Origin: Vicinamibacterales bacterium
GTDB taxonomy: Bacteria > Acidobacteriota > Vicinamibacteria > Vicinamibacterales > UBA2999
Direction: 5' to 3'
Assembly (NCBI GenBank): GCA_050185275.1
Contig: JBFWZN010000010.1
Location: 27,487-91,486, forward strand
Length of the DNA: 64,000 nt
Shown: positions 39,197 to 50,686 of the stretch, piece by piece
How positions within the stretch are numbered: the stretch's first letter is position 1
How the letters are laid out: each line of letters starts with the position of its first letter
The notes under the pieces: generated by a model
Database searches by the model: none
What the model was told of the DNA's origin: nothing
The model's input: the letters and a program-made list of their open reading frames with translations, nothing else
Program-made: the position numbers and the translations under genes

Positions 39197-40615
39197 ATGG
39201 TGCACGTCATCGGCGGCGGGCTGGCCGGTTCCGAGGCGGCCTGGCAGGCCGCCTCGTGCGGCGTGCCCGTCACGCTGCACGAAATGCGCCCGGCGCGGGG
39301 TACCGCCGTCCACAAGTCGGATGGCCTCGCCGAACTGGTCTGTTCCAACTCGTTTCGCGGCGACAAGCTGGACAACGCGGTCGGGCTCCTCAAGGAGGAG
39401 ATGCGGCGCCTGGGCTCACTCGTCATGCGGGCGGCCGACCAGCACCGGGTGCCCGCCGGCGCCGCCCTCGCCGTGGACCGTGTGGCGTTCTCGCGGGCCG
39501 TTACGGAGGCCGTCACCACCCATCCGCTCATCACCGTCGATCGTGGAGAAGTCACGCGACTGCCATCCGACCCGTCGGCGTTCCCGCTCATCATTGCCAC
39601 GGGACCACTGACGTCGGACGCCCTGTCGCGTGAGGTGGCCGCGCTGGTGGGCGGCGAGCACCTCTACTTCTACGACGCCATCAGCCCCATCGTCCTGGCG
39701 GAGACAATCGATCGCCAGAAAGTCTTTCGCGCCTCGCGCTGGGACCGCAGCCTGCGCGGGAGCCAGGGCCCGGCAGATGGGGACCGCAGGGCGGGCGATG
39801 GCGCGGCCGCCGCGGCGGCGCCCACCGAGGTGGCGTGCGGTATCGACGACGGGCAGGGAGACTACCTGAACTGTCCCCTGTCCCACGACGAGTACCAGCG
39901 CTTCTACGACGCGCTCGTCGCGGCCGAATCGGCGACCATTCACGACTTCGATCGCGAGACGTTCTTCGAGGGCTGCCTGCCCGTCGAAGTGATGGCGCAT
40001 CGCGGCAGGGACACGCTGCGTTTCGGGCCGATGAAGCCGGTGGGACTGGTGGACCCCCGCACGGGCCGTGCGCCGTACGCGGCCGTCCAGCTGCGCCAGG
40101 ACAACCTGGCGGGAGACCATTTCAGCCTGGTCGGATTCCAGACGCAGCTGAAGTGGGGCGAGCAGGAGCGGGTGCTGCGCATGATTCCGGGCCTGGAGCA
40201 TGCCGAGTTCGTCCGCTTCGGCATGGTCCACCGCAACACCTACATCAACGGCCCGCGCGTGCTTCGCGAGACGTGGCAGACGCGTCTGCGGGACGACCTG
40301 TTCTTCGCCGGCCAGATTTCGGGCGTGGAGGGCTATGTGGAGTCGGCCGCCTCCGGCCTGCTGGCCGGCCGGAACGCCGCCGCCCTCGTACGTGGCGAAC
40401 GACCGAGCGCTCCCCCCAGGACCACGGCGATCGGAGCCCTGGCCTACTACGTGTCGCACGCCGATCCGTCCCACTACCAGCCAACCAACATCACGTTCGG
40501 CATCATGGCGCCGCCCGACGAGGTGCAGGGGCGCCGGCGGCCGTCGCGGGTCGAGCGGAAGCAGGCACTGGCCGAACGGGCGCTGCGCGATCTGGCCGCC
40601 TGGCTCGAGGCATGA
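39197..40615 (+). CDS. trmFO: methylenetetrahydrofolate--tRNA-(uracil-5-)-methyltransferase
   Basis: VHVIGGGLAGSEAAWQ...ELVCSNSFR...GQISGVEGYVESAASG. Confidence 0.95.
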   Translation: MVHVIGGGLAGSEAAWQAASCGVPVTLHEMRPARGTAVHKSDGLAELVCSNSFRGDKLDNAVGLLKEEMRRLGSLVMRAADQHRVPAGAALAVDRVAFSRAVTEAVTTHPLITVDRGEVTRLPSDPSAFPLIIATGPLTSDALSREVAALVGGEHLYFYDAISPIVLAETIDRQKVFRASRWDRSLRGSQGPADGDRRAGDGAAAAAAPTEVACGIDDGQGDYLNCPLSHDEYQRFYDALVAAESATIHDFDRETFFEGCLPVEVMAHRGRDTLRFGPMKPVGLVDPRTGRAPYAAVQLRQDNLAGDHFSLVGFQTQLKWGEQERVLRMIPGLEHAEFVRFGMVHRNTYINGPRVLRETWQTRLRDDLFFAGQISGVEGYVESAASGLLAGRNAAALVRGERPSAPPRTTAIGALAYYVSHADPSHYQPTNITFGIMAPPDEVQGRRRPSRVERKQALAERALRDLAAWLEA

Positions 40616-41544
40616 TGCGGGAACGGGTCAAGGAGTTCCTCGACTACCTGCGGCTGAATCGGAACGCCTCGCCTCACACCGTCGAGGCGTACGAGAGCGA
40701 TCTGAGCCAGTTCGCCGGCTTCCTCGCGGCCCGGATGGACACATCAGCCCGCCTGCTCACACCAGAGGACGTGGACCGTGCCGCCATCCGGGGGTTCCTC
40801 GCCGAGTTGCATCGGCAGGGGCAGGCGCGTGCCTCGGTGGCGCGGAAGCTGTCCGCGCTGCGGGCCTTCATGCGCTTCCTGCGCACCGAAGGCCTGATCG
40901 CGCGCGATCCTGCCGCACTCACGGTGGCGCCCAAGACGGAGCACCGGCTGCCGGTCCATCTCTCCATCGACGAGATGGCGCGGCTGCTCGAGACCCCGGA
41001 CCTTGCCACGCCTCTCGGGCGGCGTGACCGCGCGATCCTCGAGCTCTTCTACGCCTCGGGACTTCGGCTGAGCGAACTCGTGGCCCTCGATCTCGACGAC
41101 GTGAACCTGCACGGGCGCATGGTCCGGGTGATGGGGAAGGGGCGCAAGGAGCGGCTCGTGCCGTTCAACCATTCCGCGGAGTCGGCGCTGCGGGTGTGGC
41201 TGCGCGACCGGGCGGTGATTCGTCACCAGCCGTCGGGCAGGGGCGGCGCGCGCGGCGAGGAGCCCCTCTTCGTCAACTCACGCGGCCCGAGACTCTCGGG
41301 ACGCAGCGTGCAGCGGCTCGTGGCCCGTTACGTCACGCAGGCCAGCACGCGCTTCGGGGTGAGTCCGCACGCCCTGCGGCACTCCTTTGCCACGCACTTG
41401 CTGGAACGTGGCGCCGATCTCAGGGCGATCCAGGAACTGCTCGGCCACGTGCAGCTCTCCACGACGCAACGCTACACGCACGTCAACGCGGCACAGTTGC
41501 TCGACGTCTACAGGCGCGCGCATCCGCGTGCACGCCAGCCCTAG
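40612..41544 (+). CDS. xerC: tyrosine recombinase XerC/XerD family
   Basis: ATG 40612 overlaps the trmFO stop. Motifs: FLDYLRLNRNASPHTVEAYESDL, ASGLRLSEL, HALRHSFATHLL, LLGHVQLSTTQRYTHV. Confidence 0.9.
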   Translation: MMRERVKEFLDYLRLNRNASPHTVEAYESDLSQFAGFLAARMDTSARLLTPEDVDRAAIRGFLAELHRQGQARASVARKLSALRAFMRFLRTEGLIARDPAALTVAPKTEHRLPVHLSIDEMARLLETPDLATPLGRRDRAILELFYASGLRLSELVALDLDDVNLHGRMVRVMGKGRKERLVPFNHSAESALRVWLRDRAVIRHQPSGRGGARGEEPLFVNSRGPRLSGRSVQRLVARYVTQASTRFGVSPHALRHSFATHLLERGADLRAIQELLGHVQLSTTQRYTHVNAAQLLDVYRRAHPRARQP

Positions 41545-41559
41545 CGAACCTCGTCCGGC

Positions 41560-42969
<1,410 letters not shown>

Positions 42970-42998
42970 GCCTGTCCTCTAGTTCCCTTCTGTTCCGT

Positions 42999-44252
42999 TC
43001 ACAGCCCCGTGTCGGCCACCACCGGCAGGCTGACCCGGATCGTCGTGCCACGTCCAGGGGTGGACTCCAGGTCGATGCGTCCATCGTGCGCGTCCACGAT
43101 CTTGCGCACGATCGAGAGGCCGAGCCCCGAGCCCTGCGGCTTGGTCGTGAAGAACGGGCTGAACGCCTTCTCTGCCACCTCCGGCTCGATACCGGGGCCG
43201 TCGTCATCGAACGACACGATGATGGCATCCCGTCCGTCCCCACCATCATCGAGCCGCGTGGTCATGGCTTTAATCGACACCGTGCCCCGGCCCTCCATGG
43301 CCTCGTAAGCATTGGTGAGCAGGTTCGTGAACAACTGGGCGAGTTGATGCTGGTCCGCCTGAATCTGGGGCAGGGCCGCAGGCACGTCGATCGCGACCGC
43401 AATGTCGCCGGGGTCCACCTTGGTGCCGGCCAGGTGGACGGCGGCCTGCAGGGCGCCGTCGATGGGAATCGGCTCCACGTGCAGGCGAATCGGACGCACG
43501 AAGTCCAGCACTTCCTGGACGATGCCCGCCGCCATCTTGGCCTCGTTGATGATGTCGGCAAGCATGCCCTGGACCTCCGGGGCATCGGGAACCTTGCGCC
43601 GCAGCAGGCCAGCCAGCACCTCGATGCCCGCGAGCGGGTTCTTCACCTCGTGTGCGATGGCCGCCGCCATCTCCCCGAGGGCCGCGAGGCGGTCCCGCAG
43701 GCGCTCCCGTTCCTCGAGTTGCTCCACGCGGGTGAGGTCCTTGAAGAACATGGCGGCACCGACCACCTCGCCGTCGTCCTCCCGGATGAGGGCCACCGTG
43801 TAGCCGATCACCTTGCCCGATGGCCGCAGGCGCAGCTCCGCCCGATTGGGCAGCAGGTGGAGGTCGAATGCGGCGAGCAGCGTCCGGACGACGTCAGGGT
43901 GGGACGCGAGGACGCTGGCCACCGGGCGTCCGATGTCGTCGGGCCGGTGGGCCACACCGAATATGCGGTAGGCCTCGCTGTTCATCAGGCGAAGGGTGCC
44001 ATCGCGTGCAATGGCGAGGACCCCGTTGCGCATGCCGGCGACGATGTGCCTGAAGAAGGCGTCGCCCACCGGCGCCTCTGGCGAAGGGGCCGCCGGGCGT
44101 GCACGTACCGCCGGCAGGTGGACGACGGTCGCCGGAGCGGTCCTTGGGCGTGCGTGTCGTGTTGCGCGTGTCATAGGCTGTTGTGCGGCTGTGGTCGGTG
44201 GTGACCTCACCGCACAGGGCAAGCCGCGTGCCCGCGCGATTTGGGGGGGCAT
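42999..44252 (-). CDS. cytoplasmic PAS-domain sensor histidine kinase
   Basis: PAS-like N-terminus, H-box AHEVKNPL, N-box LLTNAYEAM, G-boxes DDGPGI and GSGLGLSI. There is no TM segment. The start is uncertain (44252 or Met 44174). Confidence 0.85.
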   Translation of the reverse strand: MPPQIARARGLPCAVRSPPTTAAQQPMTRATRHARPRTAPATVVHLPAVRARPAAPSPEAPVGDAFFRHIVAGMRNGVLAIARDGTLRLMNSEAYRIFGVAHRPDDIGRPVASVLASHPDVVRTLLAAFDLHLLPNRAELRLRPSGKVIGYTVALIREDDGEVVGAAMFFKDLTRVEQLEERERLRDRLAALGEMAAAIAHEVKNPLAGIEVLAGLLRRKVPDAPEVQGMLADIINEAKMAAGIVQEVLDFVRPIRLHVEPIPIDGALQAAVHLAGTKVDPGDIAVAIDVPAALPQIQADQHQLAQLFTNLLTNAYEAMEGRGTVSIKAMTTRLDDGGDGRDAIIVSFDDDGPGIEPEVAEKAFSPFFTTKPQGSGLGLSIVRKIVDAHDGRIDLESTPGRGTTIRVSLPVVADTGL

Positions 44253-44356
44253 CGACGATTTCAGGCGGAGTTGCCCCGTCGGGTGCCGAGAGCGACGGCC
44301 TCGCGATCACAGATCCGTCGATGCGGTATCAGATTCGTCGGTTGCGCCCGTCCGAG

Positions 44357-46342
44357 TTACGAATCCGGGGACTCGGCCGCCGCGTGTTCCTGCAGGGCCT
44401 CCCACTGGGCCATCAGATCTCCCACCTCCCACATGAGGGTCTGGTGTCGATTGATGATCTCCTGTGAATCGTGCCGGTCATGGTAGAAGCCAGGTTGCGC
44501 CATGTCCGCCTCCAGCGCCTTGACGGCAGTTTCCCGGTCCGCGATCCGCGCTTCCAGTTCCGCGATGCGCTTCAGCAGTCCCTCCCGGGCCCTTTGGGCC
44601 TTGCGCCGCGCGGCGTCGGCCTGTTTGCGTGCGTCGCGATCCTGGGCCGGCGTGGCGTGCTGGACCGCCGCGGCGGGCGGTCGTCGCTTCTCGGGCCGCG
44701 CGGGTGCCGCCGTGGCCGCCACGGTCGGACTCGAGCCCTGGGGATGCGCTTTCCGCCAGAGGAAGTCTGCGTATGTGCCGGGGTAGCTCACGGCGCGGCC
44801 GTCGCCGACCTCGATGATGCGGGTGGCCAGGCGCTCTACGAAGTAGCGGTCGTGCGAGACGATGATCAGCGTGCCGCCGTAGTCCTCGAGGGCGTCGAGC
44901 AGGACGTCCTTGGAGTCGAGGTCCAAATGGTTCGTGGGCTCGTCGAGCAGCAGCGTGTTCGAGGGTCGCAGCAGCATGCGCGCCACCGCGAGGCGGGTGC
45001 GCTCCCCGCCTGACAGGACGCCCGCCTTCTTGTACACGTCGTCGCCGGAGAACAGGAAGCCGCCCAGAATGGTGCGGATGGCCGGCACCATGTCGTGGGG
45101 CGAGCCGGCGACGAGCGTCTCGTAGACCGTCAGCGCCGGATTGAGCCGTGTCGCCTCGTCCTGCGCGAAGTACTCCATCACCACCTGGTGGCCGACCTCC
45201 CGCACACCCGAATCCGGGGCCTCCTCGCCAGAGAGCATCCGCATGAGCGTGGACTTGCCCGCCCCGTTCGGTCCGACGAGGGCAATGCGGTCTCCACGCT
45301 CGATGTGGAGGTCGAGATCGCGGAAGACGGCCAGGGAACCATAGGCCTTCGCGATCCCGTTCAGTTCGAGCACCGTCCGCCCGCTCTTGGCACAGGTGGG
45401 AAACGTGAAGTGAATGCGCTTGCGCTCGGCCGGCACCTCGATGGGCACGACCTTTTCGAGCAGCTTGATCCGGCTCTGGACCTGGGCCGCCTTCGTCGCC
45501 TGGTACCGGAACCGGTCCACGAACATCCGGATGCGGGCGACCTCCTCGTCCTGCTCCTTCTTGGCCTGACGGAGCCGCTCGAGCATCGCGTCCCGGGACT
45601 CGACATACTTCGAGTAGTTGCCGACGTAGTCGGTGAGTCGCCGGAGGTTCAGATCGGTGATGCGCGTCACCACCGCATCCAGGAAGTAGCGGTCGTGCGA
45701 GACGAGAATCACCGCATGGGGGTAGGCGGACAGGTAGCCCTCCAGCCAGTTGCGGGCCTCGAGATCCAGGTGGTTGGTGGGTTCGTCGAGCAGCAACAGG
45801 TTGGGGCGACCCAGCAGGAGCTTGGCGAGCGCCAGACGCATCTGCCAGCCACCGGAAAACGTCTCGGCGGGTCGCGTGAAGTCCTCCTGCCCGAAGCCCA
45901 GGCCCCGTAGCACCGTGGCGATCCGCAGGTCCATGCTGTATCCGTCGTCCAGGCGGAATCGATCCTGGAGCTGGCTGTACCGGGCCAGCAGGGCGTCGTG
46001 GGCGCCGTTGGACGGGGTCTCGCTCAGGCGCTGTTCGATGTCGTGCATCTCGGCCCGGGCATCGAGCAGGTGCTGGAAGGCGGCGCTGGCCTCCTCGAAG
46101 ACGGTCCGGCCGGCGTGGGCGAGGCCATCCTGCGGCAGGTAGCCGATTGTCAGGCCCGCCGGGCGCACGATCCCCCCGGCGTCTGCTTCGTCGAGGCCGG
46201 CGAGCATCCTCAGCAGCGTGGTCTTGCCGGCCCCGTTCGGGCCGCAGAGACCCACCCGTTCCCGGTCCCCGATCTGCCAGGTGACACGGTCCAGGAGGAC
46301 CCGGTCCCCGAACGACTTGGTCAGTTCCGTCAGTTGAATCAC
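44357..46342 (-). CDS. ABC-F family ATPase (Uup/YheS-like) with C-terminal coiled coil
   Basis: From GTG 46342: VIQLTELTKSFGDRV. It has two ABC cassettes (GPNGAGKTT, GPNGAGKST; LSGGWQMR, LSGGERTR) and no TM domain. Confidence 0.9.
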   Translation of the reverse strand: MIQLTELTKSFGDRVLLDRVTWQIGDRERVGLCGPNGAGKTTLLRMLAGLDEADAGGIVRPAGLTIGYLPQDGLAHAGRTVFEEASAAFQHLLDARAEMHDIEQRLSETPSNGAHDALLARYSQLQDRFRLDDGYSMDLRIATVLRGLGFGQEDFTRPAETFSGGWQMRLALAKLLLGRPNLLLLDEPTNHLDLEARNWLEGYLSAYPHAVILVSHDRYFLDAVVTRITDLNLRRLTDYVGNYSKYVESRDAMLERLRQAKKEQDEEVARIRMFVDRFRYQATKAAQVQSRIKLLEKVVPIEVPAERKRIHFTFPTCAKSGRTVLELNGIAKAYGSLAVFRDLDLHIERGDRIALVGPNGAGKSTLMRMLSGEEAPDSGVREVGHQVVMEYFAQDEATRLNPALTVYETLVAGSPHDMVPAIRTILGGFLFSGDDVYKKAGVLSGGERTRLAVARMLLRPSNTLLLDEPTNHLDLDSKDVLLDALEDYGGTLIIVSHDRYFVERLATRIIEVGDGRAVSYPGTYADFLWRKAHPQGSSPTVAATAAPARPEKRRPPAAAVQHATPAQDRDARKQADAARRKAQRAREGLLKRIAELEARIADRETAVKALEADMAQPGFYHDRHDSQEIINRHQTLMWEVGDLMAQWEALQEHAAAESPDS

Positions 46343-46478
46343 GTGGTATCGCCGATCCGGGCAATTGTACCGTGCCGGCTGCGCCGTCCCCGCACCGGCC
46401 GGGCGTATGATGCGGCCAGACCAGGCGGGGCGACCGGCCGTCTTAGGGACTGCCGGGCCGGTGACCGACACTTTTCTG

Positions 46479-47069
46479 ATGCATCTGACCGACGAAGAGC
46501 TCGTGGCACGCTCCGTCGCCGGGGACAGAGACAGCTTCAACCAGCTGGTGCTGCGCTGGGAGCGGCCGATCTATGCCCTCGCCTACCGGACCCTCGGCCG
46601 GGAGGAGGACGCGCGCGACGTGTGCCAGGACGCGTTCCTCCGCGCGTACCGGGCCCTGCCGGGGTTCAAGGGGCAGGCGAAGTTCTCGTCCTGGCTATAT
46701 CGCATTACGCTGAACCTCTGCCGGGACTGGATGCGCAGGCAGCGCCGTGCGCCGATGATCCAGGTGCCCGAGGGCATGGATCCGGTGGAGATGGTGACCG
46801 AGACCGGTCCGGTGGAGTCCATCGAGACGCTGGTGGCCCGTCGGGAGCTGAGCGCGGTGGTCGAGGCTGCGATGGCGGAACTCCCGGAGGAGCAGCGCAC
46901 GGCCATCCTGCTCAAGGAGTACCACGGGATGACGTTCCAGGAGATCGCCGACCTGCTCGGATGCCCCCTGAGTACCGTCAAGACGCGCCTCTATCAGGGC
47001 CTGAGTGTCCTGCGTCGTCAGTTCGAGCAGCGGTCGCGGCCCGTGCCACGGCTCGTGAAGCGAGGATGA
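46479..47069 (+). CDS. ECF-type RNA polymerase sigma factor
   Basis: Starts at Met 46479. Motifs: DARDVCQDAFLRAY...FSSWLYRITLNLCRDW, MTFQEIADLLGCPLSTVKTRL. Confidence 0.85.
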   Translation: MHLTDEELVARSVAGDRDSFNQLVLRWERPIYALAYRTLGREEDARDVCQDAFLRAYRALPGFKGQAKFSSWLYRITLNLCRDWMRRQRRAPMIQVPEGMDPVEMVTETGPVESIETLVARRELSAVVEAAMAELPEEQRTAILLKEYHGMTFQEIADLLGCPLSTVKTRLYQGLSVLRRQFEQRSRPVPRLVKRG

Positions 47070-47944
47070 CTGTCATGTTCGAGTGTGGAGATCCTGCCGG
47101 GCTCATTGCCTACGCATACGACGAGTGCGACGTCGATGTCCGCCGACAGATGGCGCGGCACATCGACACGTGTCCGGCCTGCGCCGCGGAAGTCTCGGCC
47201 TTGTCCTCGACGCGGGCCGCCTTGGGTGCCTGGGAGGTGCCCGAGCCGGAGGCTGGTGTGGGCCTGTCGGAGGCGCTGAGCCTGGCTCTGGCGGGCCCCG
47301 CCCCTGCGGCGGCCCCCCGGTGGTACCAGCAACCGCTGCCGGCGTGGGCGCAGGTCGCCGCGGCGCTGGTGATTTTCGCCTCCGGCCTCCTGCTGGGTCT
47401 GCAGCGTCCCGACGCGCGGCCCACCTCGCCGCTCGTCACCGTCGGAGCGCCCTCGGCGCCTGTTGCCGGGCAGGTGGAATTCGCGCCGGTCGAAGGTGCT
47501 GGCACCCCGGCGGCGGCTGACCAGTCCATGGCCGGAGCGGCGCTTGCGGCCGACATCTCGCCAGCGACCTCAGCGGACGGGGTCACGGCGGCCGATCTCG
47601 AACGTCTCGCCGGGCAGCTGCGCGCCGAGATGAACCGCCTGCGCGCGGCTGGCGCCGTGGGCGTCCCTGCGACCAGGCCTGTGACCAGCGCCACGGCCGG
47701 CGCCACCACCGACGACCTGCTGCGCCAGGTGCGGGCGCTCATCGAGGAGAGCGAGACGCGGCAGCGGCGCGAACTGGCGATGCGAACGACGGAAGTCGTG
47801 CGGGACTTCGAGTTGCAGCGCCGGGTCGATCTGACGCGAATCGAGCGGACGCTCGGGCAGATGGAGGGGACGACGGGAGCCGAGGTGGCCGAGCAGCGCG
47901 AACTGCTCAACTATCTGGTGCGCGTCTCCCAGCGGCAGCCGTAG
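47066..47944 (+). CDS. zf-HC2 (ZAS-type) anti-sigma factor with one TM segment and a coiled-coil C-terminus
   Basis: ATG 47066 overlaps the sigma factor stop. H-x3-C-x2-C motif is HIDTCPAC. TM segment is WAQVAAALVIFASGLLLGL. Confidence 0.75.
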   Translation: MTVMFECGDPAGLIAYAYDECDVDVRRQMARHIDTCPACAAEVSALSSTRAALGAWEVPEPEAGVGLSEALSLALAGPAPAAAPRWYQQPLPAWAQVAAALVIFASGLLLGLQRPDARPTSPLVTVGAPSAPVAGQVEFAPVEGAGTPAAADQSMAGAALAADISPATSADGVTAADLERLAGQLRAEMNRLRAAGAVGVPATRPVTSATAGATTDDLLRQVRALIEESETRQRRELAMRTTEVVRDFELQRRVDLTRIERTLGQMEGTTGAEVAEQRELLNYLVRVSQRQP

Positions 47945-47987
47945 GGCGCCAGGGATGCGGGAATCCAGCGCTGGAGGAGAGGGGATC

Positions 47988-48809
47988 GTGATCAAGGCCA
48001 GGCTCGTCATCATCGCCGTCGTCACCGGAATCGTCATCGGCACGAACGGCCTCGCCGCGGCCCAGGGGCCGCCGGCAGCCGAAGCGGAGCAGATCAAGGC
48101 GCGCCAGCGCATCTCGATGATGGAAGGGGTGTTGGAGCGCGCGGTGTCCAACGGCGCGGACAACCTCATTCGTCGCGTGCGCGCCGTGATGCCCGACATG
48201 CTCATGCTCACGGGCAACCCCGAGGTGCGCGGCTTCAGGCTCGACGGGTATGGCGTGTTCTTCGATGTGGAGGTGCCCGCGCTGCGGCGGACCGTCGCCT
48301 GGACCCTGCGCACCATGGTCGACGGCAACGGCGTGGCGGCCGGCACCGCCCTGGCCCAGCTCAAGGCACATGTGGCGACAGTGACCGACCCGCGCGCGAA
48401 GAACACGCTCGAGGACGCGCTGCGGCGGCTCGAGCTGCAGGTGGGTCCCGCGCAGCCGGTGGGCGACGACGTCGGCGGCGCCGCGGCCGTCACGGCCCAG
48501 GCCGGCCCGCCGGCGGCGGCCCTCGACCGGGCCCTCGTCGAGCGTCCGGACGAGGCGTATACCAGCGAGGTGAAGCAGGCGCTCGTGGAGGCCATGCTGG
48601 AGAACAGCGGGCCCCTGTCGCTCGGTGACGACGAATGGCTGACTGTCGCCGCGCGAGACAACGAGCGGCCCTCCTCGACGTTCGGCCCCGACGTATCCGA
48701 TCTCATCACCATCGTCCTGCGCCTGAAGGGCAGCGATCTGGCAGCGTTCCGTGGCGGGCGGCTGTCGTTCGAGGAAGCCGCGGCACGCGTCGAGATCCGG
48801 GAGTTCTGA
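47988..48809 (+). CDS. hypothetical exported protein
   Basis: GTG 47988 is preceded by GGAGGAGAGGGG. The signal peptide is VIKARLVIIAVVTGIVIGTNGLAAAQG. The longest ORF start is 47955. I recognise no domain. Confidence 0.55.
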   Translation: MIKARLVIIAVVTGIVIGTNGLAAAQGPPAAEAEQIKARQRISMMEGVLERAVSNGADNLIRRVRAVMPDMLMLTGNPEVRGFRLDGYGVFFDVEVPALRRTVAWTLRTMVDGNGVAAGTALAQLKAHVATVTDPRAKNTLEDALRRLELQVGPAQPVGDDVGGAAAVTAQAGPPAAALDRALVERPDEAYTSEVKQALVEAMLENSGPLSLGDDEWLTVAARDNERPSSTFGPDVSDLITIVLRLKGSDLAAFRGGRLSFEEAAARVEIREF

Positions 48810-48823
48810 GTACAATTACCGCC

Positions 48824-49303
48824 ATGCGGAAACGGCTTTTTGTCCTGCTTACGCTGGTCGTCGCGGTGTCGGGTTGCTCGGAGCCCGTCCGTGTCGAGGA
48901 GGCGCTCCGCCTGACGGAAGTACAGACCGGGTGGTACGACGCGGGGATCGTCGACCAGAAGAACAAGCTCGTGCCCAGCATCTCGCTGCGGCTCGAGAAC
49001 ATCTCGCAAGAGCCCATTGCTAGCGTGCAGCTGAACGCCATCTTCCGCCGCGAAGGCGAGGCGGAGGCGTGGGGCGAACACTACGTGCGGGCTATCGGCA
49101 CGGATGGACTCCCGGGCGGGCAGACGGGGGGAAGCATCGTGCTGCGATCGAACCTGGGATACACAGGCACGCAGTCGCGGCTGCAGATGCTCCAGAACGC
49201 ACAGTTCATCGACACCAAGGTCGAGATCTTCGGGAAGCAGGGCTCGCGCACCTGGCAGAAGCTCGGTGAGTTCGTCATCGACCGGCAGCTGCTGACCCAG
49301 TAG
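48824..49303 (+). CDS. hypothetical lipoprotein
   Basis: MRKRLFVLLTLVVAVSGC lipobox, 159 aa, high GC3. Confidence 0.6.
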   Translation: MRKRLFVLLTLVVAVSGCSEPVRVEEALRLTEVQTGWYDAGIVDQKNKLVPSISLRLENISQEPIASVQLNAIFRREGEAEAWGEHYVRAIGTDGLPGGQTGGSIVLRSNLGYTGTQSRLQMLQNAQFIDTKVEIFGKQGSRTWQKLGEFVIDRQLLTQ

Positions 49304-49311
49304 AGCGCCGG

Positions 49312-50679
49312 GTGACGCAGGCCGATCCGTCAGGCAGTCTCGACCGTCGTCTCGGGTCCCTCGACGCAGCCGCCATCATCGTCTCCAACGTCATCGGTGG
49401 CGGCATCCTGTTCACGCCTCCACAGGTGGCAGCCTCCGTACCCAACGCCTGGCTGTTTCTCGCTACCTGGCTCGCCGGAGGCGCCCTGGCGTTTGCCGGA
49501 GCCATGGCCTATGCCGAACTCTCCGCCCTCCGTCCACGGGCGGGGGGCGAGTACGTCTACCTTCGCGAGGCGTTCGGGCCTCTCGCGGCGTTCCTTACCG
49601 GGTGGACGTCTTTCATCGCTGGCTTCTCCGGCGCCATCGCCGCCAGCGCCGTCGTGCTGACGCTGTACGTGGGCCGCTTCGTCCCGGGTGTCGCCGACCC
49701 CACGCCGCTGGTCTCGCTGCCGGTGCTGCCAGGGCTGCTCGTCCTCACCCTGTCGCGCCAGTCACTCGTCGCGGTGGCGGCCATCTTCGGCATGGCGGCG
49801 ATTCACCTGCGAGGCGTGTCGCAGGGGCGTCTGGTGGGGAATCTCCTCGCGAGCCTCAAGGTCCTGGCCCTGGTCGGCTTCATTGCCGCCGGGTTCCTGC
49901 TCGGCGAGGGCACCGTGGCCAACCTCGCCGAGACAGGCGCGGTGGCGCCCGCCGGCTGGCTCCTTGCCCTCATTCCCGTGATGTTCACCTACTCGGGCTG
50001 GAACGCGGCGGCCTACGTCGCTGAGGAGGTCCGGGATCCGGGACGCAACGTCCCCCGGGCGCTTGCGCTGGGAACCAGCGCAGTCGTGGCGCTCTATCTG
50101 GTGCTGAACGTGCTCTATCTCTACGTGCTTCCCGTCGGTGAGCTGGCGGCTGTGCAGGGAAGCGTCCTCGACTTCATCGCCGACCGCCTGATCGGCCCGG
50201 CGGCCGGCCACGTGATGGCCGTGGTGTCGATCATCAGCCTGCTCGCCAGCATCAGCGCGATGACATTCGCGGGGCCCAGGGTGTATTTCGCCATGGCGAG
50301 AGACGGGTTGTTCTTTGCCCGCGCCGCGCACGTGCACCCCCGCTACCGTACGCCAGCCGTGGCGATCCTGGCGCAGGCGGCCTGGAGCGCCGTGCTGGTG
50401 CTCAGCGCCACCGCCGACACGCTCGTCAACTACACCGGCTTCGCCATCGTGCTGTTCTCGGGGATCGCGGTGGCGGCGCTGTTCGTACTGCGGCGTCGGG
50501 AGCCGGAGACGGCCCGTCCCTTCACTGCCTGGGGTTATCCGGTCGTGCCCGCCATCTACGCAGGCGCGAGCGCGGCGATTCTGCTGAACGCGCTCGTACA
50601 GAGTCCTGGACGGACCGGGGCCGGTCTGATGGTGATGGCCGCAGGGGCACCGCTGTATTGGTGGTTCAGGCGGGCGTGA
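49312..50679 (+). CDS. APC-superfamily amino acid permease
   Basis: AAIIVSNVIGGGILFTP...AELSALRPRAGGEYVYL, with about 12 TM segments. Confidence 0.85.
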   Translation: MTQADPSGSLDRRLGSLDAAAIIVSNVIGGGILFTPPQVAASVPNAWLFLATWLAGGALAFAGAMAYAELSALRPRAGGEYVYLREAFGPLAAFLTGWTSFIAGFSGAIAASAVVLTLYVGRFVPGVADPTPLVSLPVLPGLLVLTLSRQSLVAVAAIFGMAAIHLRGVSQGRLVGNLLASLKVLALVGFIAAGFLLGEGTVANLAETGAVAPAGWLLALIPVMFTYSGWNAAAYVAEEVRDPGRNVPRALALGTSAVVALYLVLNVLYLYVLPVGELAAVQGSVLDFIADRLIGPAAGHVMAVVSIISLLASISAMTFAGPRVYFAMARDGLFFARAAHVHPRYRTPAVAILAQAAWSAVLVLSATADTLVNYTGFAIVLFSGIAVAALFVLRRREPETARPFTAWGYPVVPAIYAGASAAILLNALVQSPGRTGAGLMVMAAGAPLYWWFRRA

Positions 50680-50686
50680 CGCGGCT

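Noticed and set aside
40612-41544. Tyrosine recombinase as the integrase of a mobile element bounding the 10-kb block.
   Set aside because: It sits in the conserved trmFO-xerC position with an overlapping stop/start and has full XerC/D motifs. No tRNA, att-like direct repeats, phage, conjugation or transposase genes were seen in the adjacent block.
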